Shown in pieces: positions 25,312 through 38,769 of a stretch of 64,000 bases of DNA. The position numbers and the translations under genes were made by a program. A model generated the notes under the pieces. It was given only the letters and a program-made list of their open reading frames with translations. It was not told the origin of the DNA and did not search any database. Source of the stretch: Paragordius varius (Eukaryota > Animalia > Nematomorpha); contig OZ176056.1 in assembly GCA_964247055.1 (NCBI GenBank), positions 1,860,001-1,924,000 on the forward strand. The letters run 5' to 3'. The stretch's first letter is position 1; every line of letters starts with the position of its first letter.

Positions 25312-27042
25312 TTATTGCAAATTCAGTAACATACACGTTGGGTATTTTAGTGAGATTCTGCAAATTCAAAAATTTGAATTAAATAAATAATGATTGCCCA
25401 AATATAATTATGCTAACAAAAAAGGGATATATAATAACTTGTATATTTTCTGAAATTCCTAACAATAAATATATAAAAAAATATAATATCGATTGAAACA
25501 GCAAAACATTTAAAAATTCTCATTTTTCTTTTTAAAAATCTCTTATGATGTATGATTTAGAATCATACGATGTGCGGTTCTTTATAAAAATGGTATTTTA
25601 AAAAATATGGAATCAAGATTTGACAATAACCTTAAAAACCAGCTGTATCAAAGACACTAAAATTAAAACCGAAATGGCATTTTAAATGAAACCATAAAAT
25701 TTTTTCAAAAAATATGTGGAACAATCAAAACAAAAAATTGATTTCCTGTTTTAAATATAATTCTAGTATCAACCATTGTAATACATATTTAAATATTTTT
25801 TTTCGACAAAAGCATATATGTATACTTTGTTCAATGTCCGTTCTGGATTGATTAGTATTAAGTGAATAATTGTCATCCGTGATCTCAATAACTAATTTAA
25901 AATAAAATGTTAACTATATGCAAAAAATATCAATTGATTTTTGCTAATATATCTTTTTTGATAAAAAATTTATTCATATTAGTTAATCATAAATATTAAT
26001 ATTCTGAAGTAATTTAATAAATCAAAATCAGGTAAAAATATAATAATATGTAAGTGTATATCTTTACCGAATACAATTTGTTTACGATATGCTATATGAT
26101 TTTATAAAAAATATATTAAACTTCGTAAAGCACGATATAAAACCGGTCAATTGGCTTTATAATACCATTATTTGCAAACTTTTATCAATATTTAAAAAAT
26201 ATACCATTGCTCTTCAAATTTATTCTTAAAAACTTTAAATTCACCCTCAAGCATTTTAAATAATCCTAAAAAATTGTGTTTTGAAAATCTAAAGATTTAA
26301 TATAAACTAAACCTATCCTATCAAACCACAATTAATATTGCTAATAAATAAAACAATGATACCATTTAAAATTCGGATTTTTTTGCAATTAATATAAAGT
26401 AAATATGATTATTATTCATTAAGGATCAAACGTTTATAATTTTTTCATATTTTAAGCAAATATAATTAAATATATATTTTCTCACTTAAATACCACATTA
26501 TAGGTTAATCAGTAATGGTAAAGTTACTGCATTATTATTTTATTCATTGAAGTTTTAAACCGACTTTAAAAATGCTATAATACGAATGCGTTTTATAAAA
26601 TACATGTCATAATACTGATAATGGCGTTTTATGTAATGATTGATTTTACATATCGATTTAGTCATATTTGTTTAAAAATTTAGAAAATTACTACATAGCT
26701 AAAGTCAAAAAAGGTTATTGGTCGGATGTGAAGTATAGACATATTATTATTGTTAAAGATATCTAATAAGCGACTGACAACTTTTATATCTATTTAATAA
26801 CATTGTAAAGGTGTACATGACGAATCCTTACTCTATTAACTAATTTTAAGACCATATCACTCAAATATAAATTTTACTATGAAAATCTAAGAATCTGTAA
26901 ATTATTTTTAAAATCAAAAATTGACATATTTTGCCATTTAAAGCAGTCAAAAAGGTTTTCCTAAAACTACAAATCGGCGAAACTTACCTGTCGTTTGACT
27001 TAGTAGAATACATGCTAGAAAATTATAAATTAATGTTCGCAT
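25312..27042 (-). pseudogene. Signal-peptide plus micro-exon gene, unit-1 copy (partly decayed)
   Basis: First exon 26988-27042 reads MRTLIYNFLACILLSQTT with a GTAAGT donor; exons 26068-26091, 25826-25891 and 25312-25357 follow. The exon at 26861-26894 is 34 nt with a stop (36 nt and open in unit 2), and one donor appears lost. Confidence 0.6.
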
Positions 27043-27606
27043 AATAGGAATCATCATCATCGGAATATTTAATAAAATACTTTTTAAAAAAATATGTGGA
27101 TATTCACGTTAAAAAAACATTTTATTATCCATAGTACAAGGTACGCACCAACTATGTAATATATAAACAAGTTAACAAACATTCAGTTATAACAGCTAAG
27201 CAAAACAAAGTTAAATTGCTTTTAAGATTTAAGAATATTTTGCAATAATACTCTGTGAACAATTTTAATTTTAAAGAGATATGTAAATCCGTCCGAAATA
27301 CAAGTATTTAAGCAACAATATAAGTTTTTAAAATGAATAAATGTATAATTTGAAAATCCTTTTTCACATTATTTCAGGTTAAGTAAAATATATAAATATT
27401 TATTCCTGTAATATTTTAATTTTTAATGTTACGATTAGGCCATTTATTATTTAAGTTTCGCTAATTAAACTTAAATGCAAAAAGGATGAATTAATGATAA
27501 CTGATTTCTTCGAATTGAAGGGAGTCAACTCATTTCAAAAAAATCGTCAAATATTTTTAATAGATTTAAGAAACGCAAGACCATTACAGCCATTATATAT
27601 TAATTA

Positions 27607-27835
27607 CAGTCATGTATCCTCTATTATATCAAAAATTAACATTTTTTTCGTTAAATGGGTATAAATATTTGGTAAAGAATGGAAAAAACAAGAGCTCTAT
27701 GGTATTAACCATATCATATTCATTAAAAAGAAAAGAACTACTATAGGGCTTTTGTTTTTTCCATTCTTTACCAAATATTTCTACCCATTTAACGAAAAAA
27801 AATAAATTTTTGAAAAAATAAAGGATACATGACTG
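27607..27835. mobile_element. Near-palindromic Tc1/mariner-type MITE
   Basis: TA|CAGTCATGTATCC ... GGATACATGACTG|TA with long inner arms TTCGTTAAATGGGTA..TTTGGTAAAGAATGGAAAAAACAA; not seen in the unit-2 copy. Confidence 0.85.
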
Positions 27836-28721
27836 TATTGCAATAAATATTGGGAAGAGAGCGAGAATAGTTACGAGAAAACTTATGCAATAATATTCTT
27901 AGTAAGCACAATCACACGTATTTTAATATAAATTATAATATCAATAAATATATTAATTTATAAATATTAACGAAAAACAACGTTTTTGATAAATTAGAGG
28001 AATTGAAAGAAATAAATAAAATTACCAAAAATATTTAAACTAATATATTTAGATCTTAGAATTTAAATCGCATTAGTTTGCAAAATTAAAAATCTTAAAG
28101 ATTTGCCGGAACCAGTTGATCAAAAAAAACATTTTTGTGGGACATTTTTAACCCCTTGAAAATTCAAAGATTTGGTTGTCGCATGATATCAAATTATCAA
28201 TAGCAGATCCAGTATTCCTTATACTATTGAAAGCTGAACATACATGACGAACGTTAATACCTTCAAAAACTTCTCCAAACAAATATGTCGGACAAAATAT
28301 CCAACTCTCTACTATTTTGAAAAAAATAATTCTGAAATGCCTCTAATTGGCTATACGCCAAAAACTCACCTATATATTGACAAATTATGAAATAAAAAAA
28401 CTTTTTTTATAAAATTCTATGGTGAGAATTTTTTTCACATCAGAATTTAAATTAAACGTTTGTTTGCTTCCAAATTGGGTCAAATTTTTTAAAAAAATAT
28501 ATATATATGAAACTTAAACTTGAACAAACTATTTTTTAATCAAAATTCTGGGGTGATATGTTAAGCATTATTAATCATATAAAAAAAGTCTTTTCAAAGC
28601 GTATTTAAACCGCGTTCGTCATGTATGTTTGAAAATGGCATGCAATATGGCTTCAACAAAATTTTGACGAAATCTTAGTTTTAAAACATTTTTCTTATAA
28701 TAAATTTTTTAATGTCATAGG

Positions 28722-29254
28722 TAGGGTTTTGCATTTGACTGCTTTTTCAAAAAAGTCCGGTCAGAGCCAGTCAGACCATAGTCATGACAACTTTTTACTT
28801 AAGTAAATATCATGCGATGTTGGTTGTCAATATAATGTTCGAATTACACTTGCTTTTCACTAATAATGTCATGTTTTTTTTAAAATATTTATTTACAAAT
28901 ATATTCAATCAAATATAATCAAGAAATTTGTTTTCAGATTAGTTTGTTTTACTTTTCATTAATAAAATATCCAATTATGGGATGTATTTCATTTTATTAG
29001 TTCACATATATGGAATAATTGCATATTTAGCAAAGTGCTTGATTGTTTTGTTTTCCGAAATACCTGGATATGTTTAAATGTCTAAGTTATAAGGATGCAT
29101 TTTTAAAATTTTTAATATATCGTTAAATAAGCATATTAAAATATTTAATTTTTATTTTCTAAAAATATATTTGAAAACAATACAATGATACTATCTCCAA
29201 AAAAATAGCAATTTTGCAAAAAACAGCTGTAATGACCAGGTCAGCACAACCCTA
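28722..29254. mobile_element. hAT-type non-autonomous element with an empty site in unit 2
   Basis: Ends TAGGGTT / AACCCTA; 8-bp TSD GTCATAGG / GTCATACG; single GTCATAGG at the homologous site 39421-39428. Confidence 0.88.
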
Positions 29255-30124
29255 GTCATACGCATTCAATATTTTTGTTGCGCAATCTCGGCATTTTGCG
29301 TATTTTAGAGGAACCATTCACTTAGGAACCGTCTGTTTTTCGCAACCTAATGGTAAGACCCAAAACAAAAGCAACATAGGATTCTTATCATTGCGACCAT
29401 ATATAAATGGGTATTTTTTCATACTACCCCCCGATTTTGTGCACATTTAAATTTTTATTTACGATTTTACAATAAATTTTATTTATATATAAAACAAAAA
29501 TTAAATGACAAATATTTAATAAGATAAGCAGTTCTATAAAAACTAGATAATTCCTACACAAACTAAAATTAATCTTTTTAAGTATATAATACGATAGTGT
29601 CAGCACTTAAAAACGGTGATTCTATAACATATGGTTAAAAAATATGGTGATCTTTTATAAAACCGATGTTTTTAGTTCTTACATTTTGTCTACTGTATAA
29701 TTTTAATTTTTATAATTTTTTTATTTTTTAAATAAATCTTGCCAATAACTTGTAATTTGGTAAAAAAATTAGGTAGTATAGGGAATCGTGTTTGTTCGAT
29801 TTATATCAAAATATCTAAATTATAGTACAAAAAGAAACCACTTAATATCTGAATATTATATGCGGTTAATATATTTATTTTTTTGTAAAGTGTTATGACC
29901 CCATTTTTATGGGTTATATATCTAATAAAACATTAATAAATATTGGATATCAAAATAAATGTAATGGCTGCAATTCTTTTGTAGTTTGTTCCGTAGAGAA
30001 TAAGATATATGACAAAAAATAAGAGTGAGAAAGGCAAATTAGGAGTATATGAAAAGCAAAATGTGGTACTGCTATATGATGTTTTTGCTGTATCGATAAA
30101 AAACCTTCTGGCATAGTCTTTTAT

Positions 30125-33100
30125 ATCCACTTGGTATCGATGCCCGCAATCAGTAACAAGATAGACGGTGTTTTGGTTGTTAACGAGTTGAGAATTGATT
30201 GAAAACAGATTTTGCCGGACGGTTTATTGTAAGACTTGGCTAACTTGGGTTTACTGTAAAGGACTAAACAGATTAAAGTATTATTGTGTACATCCACTCA
30301 TCACCGAAGCCCCAATTCAGTAACAAGATAGATGGTGTTTTGGTTGTTAACGAGTTGAGAATTGATTGAAAACAGATTTAGCCGGACGGTTTTTATAAGA
30401 CTTGGCTAACTTGAGTTTACTGTAAAGGACTAAACAGATTAAAGTATTATTGTGTACATCCACTCATCACCGAAGCCCCAATTCAGTAACAAGATAGACG
30501 GTGTTTTGGTTGTTAACGAGTTGAGAATTGATTGAAAACAGATTTTGCCGGACGGTTTATTGTAAAGACTTGGCTAACTTGAGTTTACTGTAAAGGACTA
30601 AACAGATTAAAGTATTATTGTGTACATCCACTCATCACCGAAGCCCCAATTCAGTAACAAGATAGACGGTGTTTTGGTTGTTAACGAGTTGAGAATTGAT
30701 TGAAAACAGATTTTGCCCGACGGTTTATTGTAAAGACTTGGCTAACTTAAGTTTACTGTAAAGGACTAAACAGATTAAAGTATTATTGTGTACATCCACT
30801 CATCACCGAAGCCCCAATTCAGTAACAAGATAGACGGTGTTTTGGTTGTTAACGAGTTGAGAATTGATTGAAAACAGATTTTGCCGGACGGTTTATTGTA
30901 AAGACTTGGCTAACTTGAGTTTACTGTAAAGGACTAAACAGATTAAAGTATTATTGTGTACACCCACTCATCACCGAAGCCCCAATTCAGTAACAAGATA
31001 GACGGTGTTTTGGTTGTTAACGAGTTGAGAATTGATTGAAAACAGATTTTGCCGGACGGTTTATTGTAAAGACTTGGCTAACTTGAGTTTACTGTAAAGG
31101 ACTAAACAGATTAAAGTATTATTGTGTACATCCACTCATCACCGAAGCCGCCATTCAGTAACAAGATAGATGGTGTTTTGGTTGTGAACGAGTTGAGAAT
31201 TGATTGAAAACAGATTTCGCCGGACGGTTTATTGTAAGATTTGGCTAAATTGAGTTTACTGTAAAGGACTAAACAGATTAAAGTATTATTGTGTATATCC
31301 ACTCATCACCGAAGCCCCAATTCAGTAACAAGATAGACGGTGTTTTGGTTGTTAACGAGTTGAGAATTGATTGAAAACAGATTTCGCCGGACGGTTTATT
31401 GTAAGATTTGGCTAACTTGAGTTTACTGTAAAGAACTAAACAGATTAAAGTATTATTGTGTACATCCACTCATCACCGAAGCCCCAATTCAGTAACAAGA
31501 TAGACGGTTGGTTGTGAACGAGTTGAGAATTGATTGAAAACAGATTTTGCCGGACGGTTTATTGTAAAGACTTGGCTAACTTGAGTTTACTGTAAAGGAC
31601 TAAACAGATTAAAGTATTATTGTGTACATCCACTCATCACCGAAGCCCCAATTCAGTAACAAGATAGACGGTGTTTGGTTGTGAACGAGTTGAGAATTGA
31701 TTGAAAACAGATTTTGTAGGACGGTTTATTGTAAAGACTTGGCTAACTTGAGTTTACTGTAAAGGACTAAACAGATTAAAGTATTATTGTGTATATCCAC
31801 TCATCACCGAAGCCCCAATTCAGTAACAAGATAGATGGTGTTTTAGTTGTTAACAAGTTGAGAATTGATTGAAAACAGATTTCGCCGGACGGTTTTTTGT
31901 AAGACCTGGCTAACTTGAGTTTACTGAAAGGACTAAACAGATTAAAGTATTATTTTGTGCTTCCACTCATCACCGAACCCCGCAATCTAGTAACAAGATA
32001 GATGGTGTTTTAGTTGTGAACGAGTTGAGAATTGATTGAAAACAGATTTTGCCGGACGGTTTATTGTAAAGACTTGGCTAACTTGAGTTTACTGTAAAGG
32101 ACTAAACAGATTAAAGTATTATTGTGTACATCCACTCATCACTGAAGCCCCAATTCAGTAACAAGATAGACGGTGTTTTGGTTGTTAAAGAGTTGAAAAT
32201 TAATTGAAAACAGATTTTGCCGGACGGTTTATTGTAAAGACTTGGCTAACTTGAGTTTACTGTAAAGGACTAAACAAATTAAAGTATTATTGTGTACATC
32301 CACTCATCACCGAAGCCCCAATTCAGTAACAAGATAGACGGTGTTTTGGTTGTTAACGAGTTGAGAATTGATTGAAAACAGATTTTGCCGGACGGTTTAT
32401 TGTAAAGACTTGGCTAACTTGAATTTACTGTAAATGACTAAACAGATTAAAGTATTATTGTGTACATCCACTCATCACCGAAGCCCCAATTCAGTAACAA
32501 GATAGACGGTGTTTTGGTTGTTAACGAGTTGAGAATTGATTGAAAACAGATTTCGCCGGACGGTTTATTGTAAGATTTGGCTAACTTGAGTTTACTGTAA
32601 AGGACTAAACAGATTAAAGTATTATTGTGTACATCCACTCATCACCGAAGCCCCAATTCAGTAACAAGATAGACGGTTGGTTGTGAACGAGTTGAGAATT
32701 GATTGAAAACAGATTTTGCCGGACGGTTTATTGTAAAGACTTGGCTAACTTGAGTTTACTGTAAAGGACTAAATAGATTAAAGTATTATTGTGTACATCC
32801 ACTCATCACCGAAGCCCCAATTCAGTAACAAGATAGACGGTGTTTTGGTTGTTAACGAGTTGAGAATTAATTGAAAACAGATTTTGCCGGACGGTTTATT
32901 GTAAAGACTTGGCTAACTTGAATTTACTGTAAAGGACTAAACAGATTAAAGTATTATTGTGTACATCCACTCATCACCGAAGCCCCAATTCAGTAACAAG
33001 ATAGACGGTGTTTTGGTTGTGAACGAGTTGAGAATTGGTTGAAAACAGATTTAGTAGGACGGTTTATTGTAATGACTTGGCTAACTTGAGTTTACTGTAA

Positions 33101-35020
33101 AGGACTAAACAGATTAAAGTATTATTGTGTATATCCACTCATCACCGAAGCCCCAATTCAGTAACAAGATAGATGGTGTTTTAGTTGTTAACAAGTTGAG
33201 AATTGATTGAAAACAGATTTCGCCGGACGGTTTTTTGTAAGACCTGGCTAACTTGAGTTTACTGAAAGGACTAAACAGATTAAAGTATTATTTTGTGCTT
33301 CCACTCATCACCGAACCCCGCAATCTAGTAACAAGATAGATGGTGTTTTAGTTGTGAACGAGTTGAGAATTGATTGAAAACAGATTTTGCCGGACGGTTT
33401 ATTGTAAAGACTTGGCTAGCTTGAGTTTACTGTAAAGGACTTAACAGATTAAAGTATTATTGTGTACATCCACTCATCACTGAAGCCCCAATTCAGTAAC
33501 AAGATAGACGGTGTTTTGGTTGTTAAAGAGTTGAAAATTAATTGAAAACAGATTTTGCCGGACGGTTTATTGTAAAGACTTGGCTAACTTGAGTTTACTG
33601 TAAAGGACTAAACAAATTAAAGTATTATTGTGTACATCCACTCATCACCGAAGCCCCAATTCAGTAACAAGATAGACGGTGTTTTGGTTGTTAACGAGTT
33701 GAGAATTGATTGAAAACAGATTTTGCCGGACGGTTTATTGTAAAGACTTGGCTAACTTGAATTTACTGTAAATGACTAAACAGATTAAAGTATTATTGTG
33801 TACATCCACTCATCACCGAAGCCCCAATTCAGTAACAAGATAGACGGTGTTTTGGTTGTTAACGAGTTGAGAATTGATTGAAAACAGATTTCGCCGGACG
33901 GTTTATTGTAAGATTTGGCTAACTTGAGTTTACTGTAAAGGACTAAACAGATTAAAGTATTATTGTGTACATCCACTCATCACCGAAGCCCCAATTCAGT
34001 AACAAGATAGACGGTGTTTTGGTTGTGAACGAGTTGAGAATTGATTGAAAACAGATTTTGCCGGACGGTTTATTGTAAAGACTTGGCTAACTTGAGTTTA
34101 CTGTAAAGGACTAAACAGATTAAAGTATTATTGTGTACATCCACTCATCACCGAAGCCGCCATTCAGTAACAAGATAGACGGTGTTTTGGTTGTTAACGA
34201 GTTGAGAATTGATTGAAAACAGATTTCGCCGGACGGTTTATTGTAAGATTTGGCTAACTTGAGTTTACTGTAAAGGACTAAACGAATTAAAGTATTATTG
34301 TGTATATCCACTCATCACCGAAGCCGCCATTCAGTAACAAGATAGACGGTGTTTTGGTTGTTAACGAGTTGAGAATTGATTGAAAACAGATTTCGCCGGA
34401 CGGTTTATTGTAAGATTTGGCTAACTTGAGTTTACTGTAAAGGACTAAACGAATTAAAGTATTATTGTGTATATCCACTCATCACCCAAGCCCCAATTCA
34501 GTAACAAGATAGACGGTGTTTTGGTTGTTAACGAGTTGAGAATTGATTGAAAACAGATTTCGCCGGACGGTTTATTGTAAGATTTGGCTAACTTGAGTTT
34601 ACTGTAAAGGACTAAACAGATTAAAGTATTATTGTGTACATCCACTCGTCACCGAAGCCCCAATTCAGTAACAAGATAGACGGTGTTTTGGTTGTTATCG
34701 AGTTGAGAATTGATTGAAAACAGATTTTGCCGGACGGTTTATTGTAAAGACTTGGCTAACTTGAGTTTACTGTAAAGGATTAAACAGATTAAAGTATTAT
34801 TGTGTACATCCACTCATCACCGAAGCCCCAATTCAGTAACAAGATAGACGGTGTTTTGGTTGTTAACGAGTTGAGAATTGATTGAAAACAGATTTTGCCG
34901 GACGGTTTATTGTAAGATTTGGCTAACTTGAGTTTACTGTAAAGGACTAAATAGGTTACCGTTTTATTGTTTTTTACCACCACTCATCACCGAACCCACC
35001 GATTTTCAAAACAAGAGAAG
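30125..35020. repeat. Satellite array 2 (~29 monomers)
   Basis: Same 167/168-bp monomer and same degenerate terminal unit (from ~34950). Confidence 0.98.
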
Positions 35021-35477
35021 GTTGTAGGGTTTATGTATTCTATTTGTGTGTTATTATTTAAAAAACATTAACTTTAATAAAATGATTGTTGCTTAAATTA
35101 TATATGCTCATGTTTTAATAATTTTGTACAATAACGAGAAAAAGCTATTTCACAAATATTAATATTACAAACACAACATGGAAAAATTGGAAATCATTTT
35201 TTAAAAGACTACTCTACTTATTCATAAATTATGATTCCCATAATTATAAAAATAAGCTCTTACCAATTTACATCTCTAATCCCTATTTCACAACCCAAAG
35301 AGTTAAATAAAAAAAACAAAAAAAAGAAATGGTTTTTTTTATTTTTGCATGTTGTCTGTGTAAGTTAAATAACTGTAAGTTTCATACAAAAATTAGCGAA
35401 AATTTGAAAATATTAAAGATAATAACTTATAAGAAAATCGACTTTTTATAGTAGTCTCATATTTCTTCAAACCAATT

Positions 35478-35643
35478 TAAGTTTTGATATAAACCGACCT
35501 CCATAATCTGCTTGCAATTTACTCGTATAAGACAACCTTAAACATCAATCTTGTTACTGAAAAATGGCGACTTTGGTAATCAGTGGATGTAAAACACAAT
35601 AATACGATAATCTGTGTAGACCGTTACAGTAAAATCAAGTTAG
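35478..35643 (-). repeat. Single inverted, diverged satellite monomer (unit 2)
   Basis: AAACCGACCTCCATAATCTG...ATCTTGTTACTGAA...AGTGGATGTA..ACACAATAATAC..TTACAGTAAAATCAAGTTAG matches a full reverse-complement monomer. Confidence 0.88.
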
Positions 35644-36045
35644 ATTCCTATCCGTAGGTTAGTGATAATAAATAAATTGATATTGATTAATGTATTACAA
35701 CAAGTCATCTCCTAATATTTCTCAATTCAAACTGGGGTCCATAAAATAAATCACGGGTAGATATTGAAACATCGGAGAGAGATCTTTTATCAACAAAAGC
35801 GTAATGTAGAATATTAAGCAAGTAAAACCCCAACACATTCGATTTGGTATATATTTATATCTATTAGCCATAATAACTAAAATTTATTTGTACTTTCCAG
35901 AATATACTATAGATAGATCATTAAAAAAGGTTAGGTTAATCTTTAAATGTATTAATCAAACATATCACATGGTAGTTTAAACCACCGCCCGATAACCCAC
36001 ATTTATTTTAATTATATAATAGTTTTTTTTGATATAGTTTCATGA

Positions 36046-36189
36046 TTAGCAGTGATTTGTTTGAACATAAACACGATGAGAACTTGCTTCTGTGGATGCG
36101 GCATCTTGATCTATAAAGACTGGTCTAACCACAATCTCGTATTCCGTATCGGGCAAAACATATGCGAAGCGATAATTATCAGAAACGGC
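36046..36189 (-). pseudogene. Orphan last exon of the FN3-like gene
   Basis: Encodes AVSDNYRFAYVLPDTEYEIVVRPV...TNHC*, differing from copy A only at synonymous sites; upstream exons removed by the unit-2 deletion. Confidence 0.75.
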
Positions 36190-36412
36190 CTAAAAAAGAA
36201 ATGCACACATTAGTTATTATACAAATACATAAAATTTTTGGGTCGTACGAATATATATATAAGAGAAATTGTTTAATACAGTAAAAATTGATGCTTATAC
36301 AGACAGAACATCTCTCAAAATATTTTACAGTAAAAATCGAAAATATAGAGAGAACAGTAAAAAATATAAAGACATATACTTTTTCAAACTAACCATAGTA
36401 TAAAAATATTAC

Positions 36413-36925
36413 TTATCGCGAATTCAGTAACCGACACGTTCGGTATTTTAATGAGATCCTGCAAAATCAAAAATTTGAATTAGCCAGTTAATAATTGCAT
36501 ATTAAAAATAATTATGGTAACGAAAAAGGGATATATTTAATTATAACTTGAATATTTTCTGAAATTCCTAATAATTAATATATAAATTTATATATAAATT
36601 ATTATAGATAGAAACAGCATTGTTTTTGTACCGCGGTAATAAAAATTTTTTTCTCATTTTCTGTTTAAAAAATTATCTTAGGTATCAGTAAGAGAATTAT
36701 TTTGGCTTCTATGATGTCGGGTGATATATTTTTTCCATAAAAATGATATTTTAAAGAATATGGGATCAAGATTTGACAATGACTTAAAAAACCACAAACC
36801 AAAAAAAGGTTATTTTCAAAAAACATGTGGAACATCCAAAACAAAAAATTGATTTGGAACCAGTTATAAAAATTAATTCTAGTATCAACCATTGTAGTAC
36901 ATATTTAAATATTTTTTTCGACAAA

Positions 36926-36960
<35 letters not shown>

Positions 36961-37969
36961 TTTGTTCAATGTCCGTTCTGGATTGATTAGTATTACGTGA
37001 ATAATTATCATCCTTGATCTCAATAACTAATTTAACATGTTAATAAATATCCATATGTAATAAATATCAATTGACTTTTGCTAATATATCATTTTTTATT
37101 AAATTATATTTATATTAATTAATCAAAAATATTAATATTCTGAAGTAATTTAATAAATCATAATCAGGTAAAAACATAAAAATATGTAAGTGTATATCCT
37201 TACCGAATACAATTTGTTTACGATATGCTATATAATTACATAAAAAATATTATTCGTATAGCACGAATCAATTTAAAAAACCGGTCGATTGGCGTAAGAA
37301 AATTATTCGCAAACTATTATCAATATTTTAAATTTACCATTACTCCTCAAATTTATTTTTAAACACTTTAAATTTACCCTCAGACATTTTAAAATAACGC
37401 TATAAATAAATTATGTGTTTTCAAATATCTTAAAATACCTAAGTATAATAAAATTTTTAAAATTATTACAATACTATAATAATGCCATGGTACTGAGAAC
37501 ATGCAAATTAATAGTAAGTTTACTCAAGATGAAGAGGTGTGGTATAATATAAACTAAACTATTCAATCACAATCAATATTGCTAATAAATAAAATATTGA
37601 TATCATTTTAAATTTAGATTTTTTTCGCAATTAATACAAAGTAAATATGATTAATCATTAATAAAACGTTTTTAATTTTTTCATATTTAAAGCAAATATA
37701 GTTAAACATATTTCACTAAATACGTTTTTATATTTATTTACTAACATTGACGAATCCTTATTCATCTAATCAGAAGACCATATCACTCGAAATATAATTT
37801 TTACAGTGAAAATCTAAAGAATCTGTAAATTATTTTTAAAATTAAAAATTGACATAATTTGGCATTTAAAGCAGTCAAAAAGTTTTCCTAAAAGCACAAA
37901 CTGCGGCAAATTACCTGTCGTTTGACTTAGTAGAATACATGCTATAAAATTATAAATTAATGTTCGCAT
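36413..37969 (-). CDS. Signal-peptide plus micro-exon gene, unit-2 copy (3' end cut by the deletion)
   Basis: Exons 37915-37969, 37787-37822, 37204-37227, 36961-37026, 36632-36660 and 36413-36458 join in frame: MRTLIYNFIACILLSQTTDSLDFHCKNYISTYRKQIVFVIEIKDDNYSRNTNQSRTDIEQKNEKKIFITADLIKIPNVSVTEFAI. Exons appear more conserved than introns against unit 1. Confidence 0.65.
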
Positions 37970-38391
37970 AATGGCATTCATCATCGGAATATTGTAAAAT
38001 ACTTTTTAAAATAATATTTGGATATTCACGTTGAAAAAACATTTTATAAGGTCAGATATACATAGTACAAGGTACGCTCCAACTACAATATATTGCATAA
38101 ACAAGTTAACAATCATTATTTCTTAAAAGTTATAACAGCCTAAGCAAAACAAAGTTAAATCGCTTTTAAGATTTAAAAAATATTTTCCAATAATATTTAA
38201 CTATGATTATATAGTTTTACTAACTTTATAACATATTTTCCCCATTTTAAATAAACCTTATTTGTTATAGTATTATTTTTAATTTTTAAAATTAGCTATG
38301 GGTTTAACGAGTAAGCGCTTGACAAATTACAAGCAAGTTGAGGTTGTCACGAATGAATTTATAAACTACATTTTATTATATGATGTATCTC

Positions 38392-38769
38392 TGCGACTAT
38401 AATATATCAGAAATAGCTAAAACATCTTTTTGATTTATATTTAACAAGAGCAATATAAAACTAGCGGACACAATTTGTATTCTTGTAACGTTTACAAAGT
38501 TAATTATCTGGAATGCTTATTACTGACATATACCACAATTAAAATACAATATATTTTATATAATTAAAGGGCTACGCTTATGCGACTATAATATATCAGA
38601 AATAGCTAAAACATCTTTTTGATTTATATTTAACAAGAGCAATATAAAACTAGCGGACACAATTTGTATTCTTGTAACGTTTACAAAGTTAATTATCTGG
38701 AATGCTTATTACTGACATATACCACAATTTAAATACAATTAATTTTATATAATTAAAGGGCTACGCTCA
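38392..38769. repeat. 189-bp near-perfect tandem duplication
   Basis: TGCGACTATAATATATCAGAAATAGC... starts at 38392 and again at 38581. Confidence 0.92.
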
